A DNA stretch of 64,000 nucleotides from Nitrososphaeria archaeon (GCA_049967195.1 JBMFTE010000001.1:15734-79733); one strand, 5' to 3'; shown: positions 38,930 to 48,465, counted from the stretch's first letter. Translations and numbers: made by a program. Notes: a model not told the origin generated them from the sequence alone.

Positions 38930-39570
38930 GGATGTTTCGTGGGTTGAGGTAAATTTCATTTGATTCAGTAATGAAGTATTAACAAGATTGGCAAAATATA
39001 TTTTTATGTCAAAAACAAGTTTTCAACAATCTGGTTATACCCGATGAGGAACAGGAGAAAACTCTCAAAAACTAGCTTAGGTAAAGAACTAACATAGCTT
39101 AAACGGCTTGCTTTAGTACTATGAGAAAAGACCTGACTTGGCGGCAGAACGGACTGCCAGAGATGAAGAATGTAGACGGCAAATTAGCACCGGTTTGTGC
39201 TCGCGTGTTGCATCAGTTGACATAGCATTTAAGAGTCATGAGCCAAGTTCTGGATAAAGGGCTTGAAAGGCAGGGCAAAATGGCACGCTTACCGTGGAAC
39301 CCTAATGTTCAACTAGGAATTTTGCCATGCGACTATTGTATTATCAGAGGGAGCATTTGTCTACCCTTCATGTGGCCTATAAAGAGCAGAGCTTTCAAGA
39401 TAGGCAGAACAAAGTGTGTTATTAGGGGCGGTCTGAACTTATGCATCCGGAGACGCCAACTTCGGGGCACCAAACGGGTGTTAGCTGTGTGCTAATTAAA
39501 AGAAAACAAATGCAGAGTAACCCAAACGGGGGATAGCGGTATGTGAAGCTTTAGCGCTGGAGTACATCAC
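38930..39570 (+). mobile_element. Internally deleted tnpB relic, copy 3 (more diverged; boundaries approximate)
   Basis: Near 39030 one frame reads VIPDEEQEKTLKN, the TnpB N-terminal YP.EEQ motif. Near 39350-39420, FVYPSCGL is a zinc-finger remnant. The tail GTGAAGCTTTAGCGCTGGAGTACATCAC is homologous to the tails of copies 1 and 2. Confidence 0.5.
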
Positions 39571-39614
39571 TATTTTTTGTAAAGTTTATAAATGCGGCAC
39601 AGGCAAGCGTAAAT

Positions 39615-39782
39615 ATGCCAATAGCAGACCCCGTTAAGCGCCAGATAGCTGTCCAGAGGCGGTTAATGTTCAAAATATGCATGAAGTGTGGAGCTAAAAA
39701 CCCAATTGATGCAGTAAAGTGCAGAAAATGTGGTAGCCACGCTCTTAGATTAAAGAACAGGGAACTTGGTGCAAAGAAGTAA
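39615..39782 (+). CDS. rpl40e: Ribosomal protein L40e
   Basis: Not in the ORF track (55 aa). My translation: [55 protein letters not shown], with the C-x2-C..C-x2-C L40e pattern. Confidence 0.85.
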   Translation: MPIADPVKRQIAVQRRLMFKICMKCGAKNPIDAVKCRKCGSHALRLKNRELGAKK

Positions 39783-39790
39783 GTCTCATG

Positions 39791-39865
39791 GGGCCGGTGG
39801 TGTAGCTTGGTCAGCACATCGCCTTGACATGGCGGGGGTCGCCGGTTCAAATCCGGCCCGGCCCA
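39791..39865 (+). tRNA. tRNA-Val (anticodon GAC)
   Basis: Cloverleaf by hand: acceptor GGGCCGG/CCGGCCC, anticodon arm TCGCC-TTGACAT-GGCGG, T arm GCCGG-TTCAAAT-CCGGC, discriminator A. No encoded CCA. Confidence 0.9.
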
Positions 39866-39873
39866 CTCCTCTA

Positions 39874-41829
39874 TTGATTATAGCGGAAAAGAGGGATGCC
39901 GCAGAAAGAATTGCAGCGGCACTGGATAACAGCTATAAAACATTTAATATAAATGGCGTTAAGATTTATCAGATAAAGTTTGGCGATAGATATGCTACAA
40001 TCCTGCCAGCAAGGGGGCACATTTTTGGGTTAAACAGCGATGTGAAAAACAGACGCATTTACCCGGTAACCGACCTGGAATGGGAAACACTGAGCAGCAT
40101 TAATAAAAAATTTTCAGATACAGGAGGAATAGCTGAACTGGCAATGCGGCTACTTAGGGATGCGGAACAAGTTATAATTGCCTGCGATTATGATATTGAA
40201 GGCGAAACCATAGGTTATAACATCGTTAAATACTGTGGGGGGGCCGATAAAAAACTTTACAGGGCAAAATTTTCAACGTTAACTATTGAAGATTTGCGCC
40301 TCAGCTTTGGATCTCTGATTAAAAGGGATAAATGGAATATGGCTGAAGCTGGGAGGACTAGGCATTATATAGACTATCTGTGGGGCATAAATCTTTCAAG
40401 ATTGGTAAGTGATGAAGTAAGACACATAAGGTATGCAAACCTTAGCATAGGCAGGGTTCAGGGTCCGACACTGCTTGAGCTTTATAGTAGGGAATTTGAC
40501 ATAAATACATTTATTCCTAGGCCATACTGGCAGACCACGGCACAGGTGGATATAAACGGAGAAAAAATAAACATGACCGGTCCCATAGTATATTCTCAAA
40601 ATGATGCCTTAAATATAAAAAAGCTCGAGGGAAAAAGTGGCACGGTTGTGTTGGCTAAAAGTTATGTAGAAAGGTTGCCTCCATTTCCTCCTTTTAATCT
40701 TGCTGACATTCAGAAAGAAGCTTACAGAATATTTAAAATGAGCCCATGGAAAACACTTTCTATTCTTGAAAGCCTTTACCTAAAAGCCGCTATATCATAT
40801 CCCCGGACATCATCCCAGAAATTGCCGGCAAGCATAAATTATAAGAAAATTCTGGGCAAACTTGTCGCAAGTTACTGGGAAGCAGGTGTTACAAGAAGGA
40901 ACATTCCTGTAGAAGGCAAGTTAACCGATTCTGCCCATCCCGCAATATATCCTACAGGCGAAGGCAGGGTTGTAACTCAAGATGAAAAGAGCGTCTATGA
41001 CCTTGTTGCAAGGCGGTTTATATCCTGCTTCATGGACGATGTCACCATTAGGAAAAAATTGATCAGGGTAAATGCTGAAGGGGTTAGCTTTAGCGCGGAA
41101 GGGCAGGAGATTTTATCGCGAGGCTGGACAAGCACCTATCATTTTAAGGAATTGAGCGAAGTTAAACTGCCTGATACTAAAGAAAAGGATAACGCCATAA
41201 TAAATAAGGTAAATATAGCAGGCAAGTTTACCAAGCCCCCACCCAGATATAATCCGTCCTCATTGCTAGAGTGGATGGAAAAAAATGACATCGGCACCAA
41301 GGCCACTAGGGGTGAAATAATAAGAACACTCTATAAAAGGAATTATGTGGACGGTCAGAGGATGCAACTTACAAACCTTGGTTACGGCGTCTCTAGGTTC
41401 TTTATAAGTTCTCCAATAATTACCGTTGAGATGACTAGGAACCTTGAAATCAGTTTAGAAAAAATAGAAGAGGGCTTGATGAACACCGATAACATAACAT
41501 TGCAATCAATCAATTTACTCTTAGAAGAAATTCGGAAGAGGAGAGAGGGCGAAGAACTTTCTGAATACTTTAAATTGTATTTAAGGGGAGAAAAAATAGC
41601 CAACTTCGGCAAGTGTCCGGTTTGCAGCGTTGGGAGCCTCATCTTCCACCGGTCTGTCAACGGCAAGAGATTCTTAAGATGTGACAAATGTGGCGCCTCT
41701 GCTCCCATGCCGTCAAGGGGGCTGATAACTCCAACCAAAACAGTGTGCAAATTTTGTGGCTGGCCACTCATGCGCAGAGGCAGATGGGTGTTCTGTCCAA
41801 ATCCGGCTTGTCCAGGTAAAAAGAAATGA
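39874..41829 (+). CDS. topA: Type IA DNA topoisomerase (Topo I/III) with C-terminal zinc ribbons
   Basis: Toprim LIIAEKRDAA and DYDIEGE, catalytic-Tyr motif ISYPRTSSQ, C-terminal CPVC...CDKC and CKFC...CPNPAC. I place the start at TTG 39874, because the track ORF (from 39766) reads through the tRNA. Confidence 0.85.
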   Translation: MIIAEKRDAAERIAAALDNSYKTFNINGVKIYQIKFGDRYATILPARGHIFGLNSDVKNRRIYPVTDLEWETLSSINKKFSDTGGIAELAMRLLRDAEQVIIACDYDIEGETIGYNIVKYCGGADKKLYRAKFSTLTIEDLRLSFGSLIKRDKWNMAEAGRTRHYIDYLWGINLSRLVSDEVRHIRYANLSIGRVQGPTLLELYSREFDINTFIPRPYWQTTAQVDINGEKINMTGPIVYSQNDALNIKKLEGKSGTVVLAKSYVERLPPFPPFNLADIQKEAYRIFKMSPWKTLSILESLYLKAAISYPRTSSQKLPASINYKKILGKLVASYWEAGVTRRNIPVEGKLTDSAHPAIYPTGEGRVVTQDEKSVYDLVARRFISCFMDDVTIRKKLIRVNAEGVSFSAEGQEILSRGWTSTYHFKELSEVKLPDTKEKDNAIINKVNIAGKFTKPPPRYNPSSLLEWMEKNDIGTKATRGEIIRTLYKRNYVDGQRMQLTNLGYGVSRFFISSPIITVEMTRNLEISLEKIEEGLMNTDNITLQSINLLLEEIRKRREGEELSEYFKLYLRGEKIANFGKCPVCSVGSLIFHRSVNGKRFLRCDKCGASAPMPSRGLITPTKTVCKFCGWPLMRRGRWVFCPNPACPGKKK

Positions 41830-42065
41830 ACTGTGTAATATGCGGGTTCCATGCAAATGACAATAAGCTCTGTTTTAAACATGCTGCGGCGGCAAAAAGT
41901 TTAGTGGAAAACTATAATCTTTGGAAAAGTGCTTTTAATATAAGTTTTGAAGAATACCTGCACAACATCCTAAAAAACAAGGACACTGGAGTGTGGGCAG
42001 CAGATGTAGCCAGATATATAATTGAATCAGGAGACGCCTCAATATTGCAGCAACAGGCACCCTGA
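41826..42065 (+). CDS. Hypothetical small protein overlapping the topA stop (ATGA)
   Basis: 79 aa. N-terminal C-x2-C...C..H. No family recognised. Confidence 0.35.
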   Translation: MNCVICGFHANDNKLCFKHAAAAKSLVENYNLWKSAFNISFEEYLHNILKNKDTGVWAADVARYIIESGDASILQQQAP

Positions 42066-42251
42066 ATTTTAAATATCATGCAGGAAGGAACAGTTCAAGA
42101 ATAAATGCCAGCATCCGACTGGCTCAAAATGGCATCTAGCATGCAACGCACTAACTCTGCAGGTACAGGCTAATATAAACGCAAGGGGCAACCGGATCAT
42201 AATGGCATAAATAAGGCAAGATCCACAGTACGGGTAAATTTTCTTGGCAGG

Positions 42252-42578
42252 TTATGATATTTTAGTGCCTGGAGGAATGTCTTTGTCAGTGGTAAGAAGG
42301 GAGAGATCTGCTTCATTAAAAGCGGCTAGAAGCATCACTTCAGAAACATATCCCATAATGGGTTTTGGGACAAGATTAGTTACCACAATAACCCTTTTAC
42401 CAACAAGGTCCTGCGCGCTGTAGTATTTACTTATGCCGGCTATAGCCTGCTTTTGAGAATCTCCAAGATCAACCACCACCTTCAGCAGCTTTCTTGAACC
42501 TTCTATTGGATAAACCTCCTTAATTTTACCCACCCTTAAATCTAACTTTTGGAAGGTATCAAATTCTACCTGGCTCAT
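42252..42578 (-). CDS. tRNA-binding domain protein (Trbp111/CsaA/EMAP-II-like OB fold)
   Basis: FQKLDLRVGKIKEV...LLKVVVDLGD...RVIVVTNLVPK...G..SEVMLLA. Confidence 0.8.
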   Translation of the reverse strand: MSQVEFDTFQKLDLRVGKIKEVYPIEGSRKLLKVVVDLGDSQKQAIAGISKYYSAQDLVGKRVIVVTNLVPKPIMGYVSEVMLLAAFNEADLSLLTTDKDIPPGTKIS

Positions 42579-42705
42579 GCTAATAAATTAAAATCATCAG
42601 TTTAATAAAAGTTTGCAAATCGTTATAACCGCTTGCAACCTTTTTCATCATTCAAAAGAATGCAACGATAAGTTTAAATGGTCACATATAGTGGAATTCA
42701 ATGTC

Positions 42706-43164
42706 ATGCCAACAGCATATGATGTACCAGCAGAAAGCCTGATAGATGGGTTAAAGGATTATCTAAAAAAGTCAGGCATAATTAATGTGCCACCTTTTAT
42801 AAACTATTCAAAGACAGGATCACAGGCTGAAAGGCCGCCGTTTGATCCGGACTGGTATTTTTATAGAGCAGCTTCAATATTGAGGAAAGTCTATATTTAC
42901 GGGCCGGTGAGCGTAAAGGATCTTTCTAAAAAGTATGGAGGTAGAAAACAACGTGGATTCTACCTGGCCCATTCCCAGCCAGCAGGAATGAAGCACATAA
43001 GAAAGATACTTTTAGATCTGGAAACAGCAGGACTGATTAAAAAGACAAAAGCCGGTAGAGAGTTAACTGGAAAAGGAATATCAACAGTTGACAAGATATC
43101 AAGTGACATTTTTGACGGTTTAAAAGCTAAAGTGAAGGCCGTCGAAAAGCTGGGTATCGGGTGA
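42706..43164 (+). CDS. rps19e: Ribosomal protein S19e
   Basis: MPTAYDVPAESLI...PDWYFYRAASILRKVY..GPVSV..L...YGG. The start is moved to the internal ATG; the track ORF begins at 42613. Confidence 0.85.
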   Translation: MPTAYDVPAESLIDGLKDYLKKSGIINVPPFINYSKTGSQAERPPFDPDWYFYRAASILRKVYIYGPVSVKDLSKKYGGRKQRGFYLAHSQPAGMKHIRKILLDLETAGLIKKTKAGRELTGKGISTVDKISSDIFDGLKAKVKAVEKLGIG

Positions 43165-43173
43165 ACAGAAAAA

Positions 43174-43446
43174 ATGGCAGCTCCCTATTCTGCAGACGAG
43201 GATCGCAAAAAGAAAGAATTAGCGGAGCTAAGGGAAAAATACCTCAGAGTTTATCTTACGCCCGAAGCAAGATACAGATTAAATAATTTAAAGTTGGTGG
43301 GCAATGAAACGGCTAATGTACTGGAGGATAAAATTTTCGAGCTTGCCATAAATGGAAAGTTAGACCACCAGATAAGCGACGAAGAATTAAAGGACCTTCT
43401 TTCCAAAATGCAAGCTAATAAAAGGGAGTTTAAAATAGTATGGTGA
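43174..43446 (+). CDS. PDCD5/TFAR19-like DNA-binding protein
   Basis: YLTPEARYRLNNLKLV.. pattern. Lies in the conserved archaeal position between S19e and L39e. Confidence 0.7.
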   Translation: MAAPYSADEDRKKKELAELREKYLRVYLTPEARYRLNNLKLVGNETANVLEDKIFELAINGKLDHQISDEELKDLLSKMQANKREFKIVW

Positions 43447-43452
43447 TAGAAA

Positions 43453-43614
43453 ATGGGTTCAAATAAAAATGCAAAGGATAAAAAAAGATTTGTTACGGCT
43501 ATTAGAAAGAACAAGCCAGTACCTTCGTGGGCAGTATTAAAAACAAACAGGACATTTACATATAATTTTAAAAGGAGAGACTGGCGGCATAAAAAAATAG
43601 GGGATAACAAATGA
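43453..43614 (+). CDS. rpl39e: Ribosomal protein L39e
   Basis: Not in the ORF track (53 aa). MGSNKNAKDKKRFVTAIRKNKPVPSWAVLKTNRTFTYNFKRRDWRHKKIGDNK. Its stop overlaps the L31e ATG. Confidence 0.85.
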   Translation: MGSNKNAKDKKRFVTAIRKNKPVPSWAVLKTNRTFTYNFKRRDWRHKKIGDNK

Positions 43615-43907
43615 CAGAGGAGAAAACCATAACGATTTCATTTTCAAGAATATTTTATAAACAGTATTATCAAAGGTCAAACAAGGCCATAGAATATCTT
43701 AAAAGCAAAATTAAGAAAATGACAAAGGTTGATAGGGTTATCGTGACCAACGACCTAAATGCTGAAATATGGGGCAGGGGCCAAAACCTTAACATTAGGC
43801 GCATAAAAATGAAGATTTCAATAGATAAAGAAAACAATCAGGCAACAGCTGATGTGTTTGAACATCATAAAGCAGAAGAATCGCCTTCAACTCCCAGCCA
43901 AGCATAA
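43611..43907 (+). CDS. rpl31e: Ribosomal protein L31e
   Basis: RSNKAIEYLKSKIKKMTK...VIVTNDLNAEIWGRG pattern. Confidence 0.85.
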   Translation: MTEEKTITISFSRIFYKQYYQRSNKAIEYLKSKIKKMTKVDRVIVTNDLNAEIWGRGQNLNIRRIKMKISIDKENNQATADVFEHHKAEESPSTPSQA

Positions 43908-43941
43908 ACCATTATTAACATGCCTAAGCTAAGCTATTGAT

Positions 43942-45921
43942 ATGTTAGAGGAACTGTTTTACCCTAAAAGTATAGCTATTGTCGGGGCATCAAGGAACAG
44001 GGACAAAATTGGGAATATAATATTAAGAAATATAATATCCACATATACAGGAAAAATATATCCAGTAAATAACAGGGCTGATGAGATAGAGGGATTAAAG
44101 TGCTATAAAAGCATATCAGATATCAAGGATCCGGTAGACCTGATAATTTTCAGCATCCCACGGGAAGAGGTTGTTGAGGCAATGGAAGAGGCTGGCAAAG
44201 CGGGCATAAAGGCGGCCGTGGTAATAACGGCTGGATTTAGGGAAAGGGATCAAGAGGGAGCAAGAATTGAAAATGAAATGGTAAAAACAGCCTCAAAATA
44301 CTCAATGAGGTTTTTGGGTCCAAATACAATGGGTATAATGACCCCCACGTTTAATGCGACATTTACTTTTGCAGATGTCAAACAGGGAAACATAGCAATC
44401 GTTGCCCAATCTGGAGGCATGGGGGCTTATATGCTAAACTGGGCTCAGAGGACCAGAACCGGTTTGAGTTATTTTGTGGGTTTGGGAAACCAGGCGGATA
44501 TAAAGGAAATTGATGTTTTTGAATTTTTGTCAAATGACCCACAGGCAAAGGCAATTTTTTCCTATATGGAAGGAATATCAGACGGTGACCGGTTTTTAAA
44601 TGAAATGCCAGAGATAACTGTAAAGAAACCTGTAGTTTTCCTTAAAGGAGGTGCCAGCAGTGCAGGTGAACAGGCAATACGCACGCACACAGGTAGCCTC
44701 GCAGGATCTTATGAACTGTTCAGGTCAGCGGTAAGGACGGTCGGGGGCATATTTGTAGAGAATTTAACTGATCTTTTAAACCTGGCAAAGATATTGTCGT
44801 CTGAAGAGCCAATTAAGAGAGACATACTTATAATTACCAATTCGGGGGGGCACGGCGTATTAACTGTGGATGAGATAGATAGGAACAAACTTAGTTTAAC
44901 CAAATTGCCACCGAGGGTGCAGTCAACGCTGGAAATGGTGCTTCCGCCACATGCATCACCCAGAAACCCTTTGGACTTGGGAGGAGACGCCAATCTTGAG
45001 AGGTACATAACAGCACTTAAGATAGTTCAGGGGCTTGACTGCACAAAGTTGGTTTTAGTCCAATCTCTGGCAACTGTGAGTTGTGTGGAAGTAGCCAAGG
45101 CTCTGCTTAATTTCAAGGGAAAGGGATTCGTAGGTGTAGTAATGGGGCTCAGCGAAGATGCAGCCGCAAGGACACTTGACTCAGCCAATGTCCCCTCATT
45201 CAGGTTCCCAGAAGAAGCTGTTAGGGCAATAAGGTACTATACAGATAAAAGAGAACCAATGCAAAAGATAAGGATAGCTGAGCCAATAATGGGAGCCAAA
45301 GAGCTTGTTGAAGGGAAAACAACTCTTAAAGACTATGAAGCGTTCAAGCTAATGGAAATCTACGGTGTAAGGGTGCCTCCTTGGGCTGTTGTATCTAATT
45401 TGGAGGATGCAAAGAAGGAAGCAGAAAGGATAGGCTTCCCGCTTGTCATGAAAATTTCGCTTGATGAGCCCGGGCATAAAACAGAGCTGGGTGGGGTTGT
45501 GACAAACGTAGAAAAGGAAGATGTGGAAAATGTATTTAATCAGCTGACATTAAAATCAAAAAGAATACTCTTGCAGAGGCAGCTCAGCGGCGTAGAGGTC
45601 TTTCTAGGAGGGCTTAAAGATGCAACATTTGGCCCATCCATACTGGTAGGAATGGGGGGAATTTACGTCGAAGTAATTAAAAGCGTAAGCTATGGGCTGT
45701 CACCAGTATCTGAACAGGAAGGATTGCAGATGCTGAAGGAAAGCAAGGTATATGACATGCTTACAGCTAGAAAAAGAAACTACAACATTAACGCAGTGCT
45801 TAGAACACTGAGCAGGATTTCAAGGATGATTGTTGACCTTAATGTTAAAGAAATGGATATTAATCCGCTTATAGTGAATCAGGAAGGCGCATTTGCGGTT
45901 GATGTGAGAATAGTATTTTAG
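43942..45921 (+). CDS. ADP-forming acetyl-CoA synthetase (fused alpha-beta; CoA-binding plus ATP-grasp)
   Basis: N-terminal PKSIAIVGASRN, GPNTMGI and catalytic-His loop THTGSLAG. C-terminal ATP-grasp domain. 659 aa. Confidence 0.8.
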   Translation: MLEELFYPKSIAIVGASRNRDKIGNIILRNIISTYTGKIYPVNNRADEIEGLKCYKSISDIKDPVDLIIFSIPREEVVEAMEEAGKAGIKAAVVITAGFRERDQEGARIENEMVKTASKYSMRFLGPNTMGIMTPTFNATFTFADVKQGNIAIVAQSGGMGAYMLNWAQRTRTGLSYFVGLGNQADIKEIDVFEFLSNDPQAKAIFSYMEGISDGDRFLNEMPEITVKKPVVFLKGGASSAGEQAIRTHTGSLAGSYELFRSAVRTVGGIFVENLTDLLNLAKILSSEEPIKRDILIITNSGGHGVLTVDEIDRNKLSLTKLPPRVQSTLEMVLPPHASPRNPLDLGGDANLERYITALKIVQGLDCTKLVLVQSLATVSCVEVAKALLNFKGKGFVGVVMGLSEDAAARTLDSANVPSFRFPEEAVRAIRYYTDKREPMQKIRIAEPIMGAKELVEGKTTLKDYEAFKLMEIYGVRVPPWAVVSNLEDAKKEAERIGFPLVMKISLDEPGHKTELGGVVTNVEKEDVENVFNQLTLKSKRILLQRQLSGVEVFLGGLKDATFGPSILVGMGGIYVEVIKSVSYGLSPVSEQEGLQMLKESKVYDMLTARKRNYNINAVLRTLSRISRMIVDLNVKEMDINPLIVNQEGAFAVDVRIVF

Positions 45922-45957
45922 AAACACTTAATTTTTAGTTTATTTTATATATAATAT

Positions 45958-46401
45958 ATGGATGTTTTCAGCGATTCGTTTGAAAATGGCGCTAGAATAC
46001 CAAGAAAGCATACATGCGAAGGTGAAAACGTTTCTCCTCCAATAAAGTGGGGCAGGGTTAATGGCGCTTCAACATATGCAATTATTGCAGAAGATCCGGA
46101 CGCTCCGGGCGGGACATTTGTTCATTGGGTCATCTATAATCTAACTGGCACGGAAATTCAAGAAGGAATCAAGCCCACCTCATCTACCGGTGTTCAGGGG
46201 AAAAACGACTTTGGCAAAACAGGCTATGGTGGGCCATGCCCCCCACGCGGAAACGGCAACCACCGGTACTTTTTTAGAATTTATGCCCTAAATGATACGC
46301 TCCCAATTCTGAGTGGCGTCAGCGCACTCAGGTTGAAGGAGTTAATAAAAAACAAAATTCTTGATTCAGGAGAGATAATGGGCACATATTCAAGGGATTA
46401 A
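45958..46401 (+). CDS. PEBP/YbhB-family (Raf kinase inhibitor-like) protein
   Basis: DPDAPGGTFVHW and GPCPPRGNGNHRYFFRIYAL motifs. Confidence 0.85.
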   Translation: MDVFSDSFENGARIPRKHTCEGENVSPPIKWGRVNGASTYAIIAEDPDAPGGTFVHWVIYNLTGTEIQEGIKPTSSTGVQGKNDFGKTGYGGPCPPRGNGNHRYFFRIYALNDTLPILSGVSALRLKELIKNKILDSGEIMGTYSRD

Positions 46402-46570
46402 ATATATTAAACATTCATTATATTATTATCGCATTTAGTAAAATAAGTACAGCAAACATATTAAAAAGCGAAGTGTAATATCATTATTAGTTAATAATCT
46501 GCGAAATACTTATCCAAAAACGTTAAATAATCAGAACGAACCCCTTCATGGTTGAAGGTGCAATAAAATA

Positions 46571-47869
46571 ATGTCACAAAAAACTCACCTGAATTTAGTC
46601 GTGGTGGGGCATGTAGATAATGGCAAATCAACTACTTTAGGGCATTTTCTATTTAATCTCGGCGTAATAGATCCAAGGGAAGTAGAAGAATTTGCAAAAG
46701 AATCTGAAAAACTGGGAGTGGGCGATTCATTTAAATATGCTTGGGTTTTGGACAGGCTGAAGGAGGAAAGGGAAAGAGGGGTCACTATAGACCTGGCCTT
46801 CCAAAAATTTGAAACTAAGAAGTACTTTTTCACTTTAATTGATGCCCCAGGGCACAGGGACTTTGTAAAGAACATGATAACTGGTGCAAGTCAGGCAGAT
46901 GCAGCAATTCTCGTTGTTTCAGCGAAGGAAGGTGAAACTGAAACTGCTTTATCAGAAGGGGGTCAGGCAAGGGAGCACGCTTTCCTGCTTAAGACTCTGG
47001 GTGTTAATCAGCTAATAGTCCTGATTAATAAATTGGATGCCACACAGCCACCGTACAGTCAAAAAAGATTCGATGAAGTTAAAAAGATGGTAACTGATCT
47101 GTTAAAGTTAGTGGGTTATAAAATTGACACCCTACCGATAATACCGGTTTCAGGCTGGACAGGGGACAATCTGAGCGAAAAATCCACCAACATAACATGG
47201 TATAAGGGCCCAACTTTGCTTGAGGCTCTGGATAATCTGCAGGTTCCGCCAAAACCAACCGACAAACCGCTCAGAATACCTATTCAGGATGTTTACTCAA
47301 TTACCGGGGTCGGCACTGTGCCAGTGGGTAGAGTAGTTACTGGAGTTATGAAAGTGGGTGAAACGATAGTTGTGATGCCTCCCGGTTTAAAGGGAGAAGT
47401 GAAGAGTATAGAAACGCACCACACTGGAGTTGAAAAAGCTGAGCCGGGAGATAACATTGGATTCAATGTCAGGGGAATAGCCAAACAGGATGTAAAAAGG
47501 GGCATGGTGTTAGGGCATCCAGATAATCCACCAACTGTAGCAAAAGAGTTCATAGCTCAGATATTTGTTGTATTTCATCCAACGGCTATAGCGGCAGGGT
47601 ATACACCCGTGCTTCATGCACACACAGCTCAAATAGCTACCTCAATATCAGAAATAATAAGCAAGATAGATCCAAGAACGGGGCAGGTAGTGGAGGATCA
47701 TCCAAAGACAATAAAGACTGGCGATGCTGCGCTGGTTAGATTAAAGCCACTTACTCCGCTTTGCATTGAGACGTATAAGGAATTTCCAGAACTTGGAAGA
47801 TTTGCATTAAGAGATTCAGGAAGAACCGTTGCGGCCGGCATAGTAAAGGAAATCACTCAGAAAGCTTAA
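46571..47869 (+). CDS. tuf: Translation elongation factor EF-1 alpha
   Basis: [17 protein letters not shown] and NKLD GTPase motifs. 432 aa. Confidence 0.95.
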   Translation: MSQKTHLNLVVVGHVDNGKSTTLGHFLFNLGVIDPREVEEFAKESEKLGVGDSFKYAWVLDRLKEERERGVTIDLAFQKFETKKYFFTLIDAPGHRDFVKNMITGASQADAAILVVSAKEGETETALSEGGQAREHAFLLKTLGVNQLIVLINKLDATQPPYSQKRFDEVKKMVTDLLKLVGYKIDTLPIIPVSGWTGDNLSEKSTNITWYKGPTLLEALDNLQVPPKPTDKPLRIPIQDVYSITGVGTVPVGRVVTGVMKVGETIVVMPPGLKGEVKSIETHHTGVEKAEPGDNIGFNVRGIAKQDVKRGMVLGHPDNPPTVAKEFIAQIFVVFHPTAIAAGYTPVLHAHTAQIATSISEIISKIDPRTGQVVEDHPKTIKTGDAALVRLKPLTPLCIETYKEFPELGRFALRDSGRTVAAGIVKEITQKA

Positions 47870-48154
47870 GTCATATTCCTCTGAAGATTCTTGGTCTTCG
47901 GATAAAATTTCTGAAATTTTATTAAACCTTTCAACAATAGATTCAATAAAACTTCTTATTCTTTTTAGGTCATCTTCTTCATTTTCCCTTTTATCTATGA
48001 TGTTCATAGTTTCAGTGCACTGATTTATAATAAGCCCAACCTCTTCAACTAAATTTGAATCAGTATTATTAAGCGCTAACCGCAGGGCTTCTCGGTATTC
48101 CTGCAACATAAATTTTAACCCTTCTAATTCGTTCATTGAACTTTCCATGCCCAT
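47816..48154 (-). CDS. Hypothetical acidic helical protein downstream of sepF
   Basis: 112 aa, coiled-coil-like and Glu/Asp-rich. Starts 30 nt after the SepF stop on the same strand. Its 3' end overlaps the tuf 3' end by 54 nt, convergently. Confidence 0.4.
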   Translation of the reverse strand: MGMESSMNELEGLKFMLQEYREALRLALNNTDSNLVEEVGLIINQCTETMNIIDKRENEEDDLKRIRSFIESIVERFNKISEILSEDQESSEEYDLSFLSDFLYYAGRNGSS

Positions 48155-48183
48155 TGTTTGATCAAACCGGCACTTAAAAGCAT

Positions 48184-48465
48184 TTAATATTTTAACCCTG
48201 ATTCCCTAAATATTTTAACGCCTGGCGGTGTGATTACAATTCTATCCTCTCCAAGCCGCGCTATGTCTCCTCCGATGGCCATAACATATTTGTATATGTC
48301 ATCAATAGATTTTGACAGTTCATCAAGGCTCTTTTTTATAAGTGGTGTAAATCTAATTATTACAATGCAGCCAGCATCGAGGTCAGCCTTTACCCTCTGT
48401 ATATCGTCGTATCCCTTCAGAGGGTAAGCCTTTAAATAAGTCACTTTTTCTGATGACTTTTGCAT
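48184..48465 (-). CDS. sepF: SepF-like (DUF552) cell-division protein
   Basis: YDDIQRVKADLDAGCIVIIRFTPL...IDDIYKYVMAIGGDIARLGEDRIVITPPGVKI follows the SepF core pattern. Only 93 aa, and I see no obvious N-terminal amphipathic helix. Confidence 0.6.
   Translation of the reverse strand: MQKSSEKVTYLKAYPLKGYDDIQRVKADLDAGCIVIIRFTPLIKKSLDELSKSIDDIYKYVMAIGGDIARLGEDRIVITPPGVKIFRESGLKY

Noticed and set aside
39551-39850. 99-aa minus-strand ORF.
   Set aside because: It is antisense to the L40e gene and the tRNA-Val gene, so it is a shadow ORF.
39766-39873. N-terminal 36 codons of the 687-aa track ORF ([33 protein letters not shown]...).
   Set aside because: This stretch is the translation of the L40e 3' end and of tRNA-Val(GAC). 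The topoisomerase Toprim domain begins only after the tRNA.
42613-42705. N-terminal extensions of the track ORFs for S19e (42613) and for the ferredoxin subunit (49678).
   Set aside because: The extensions run through AT-rich promoter-like DNA and have no homology pattern. The conserved proteins start at internal ATGs (42706 and 49864).
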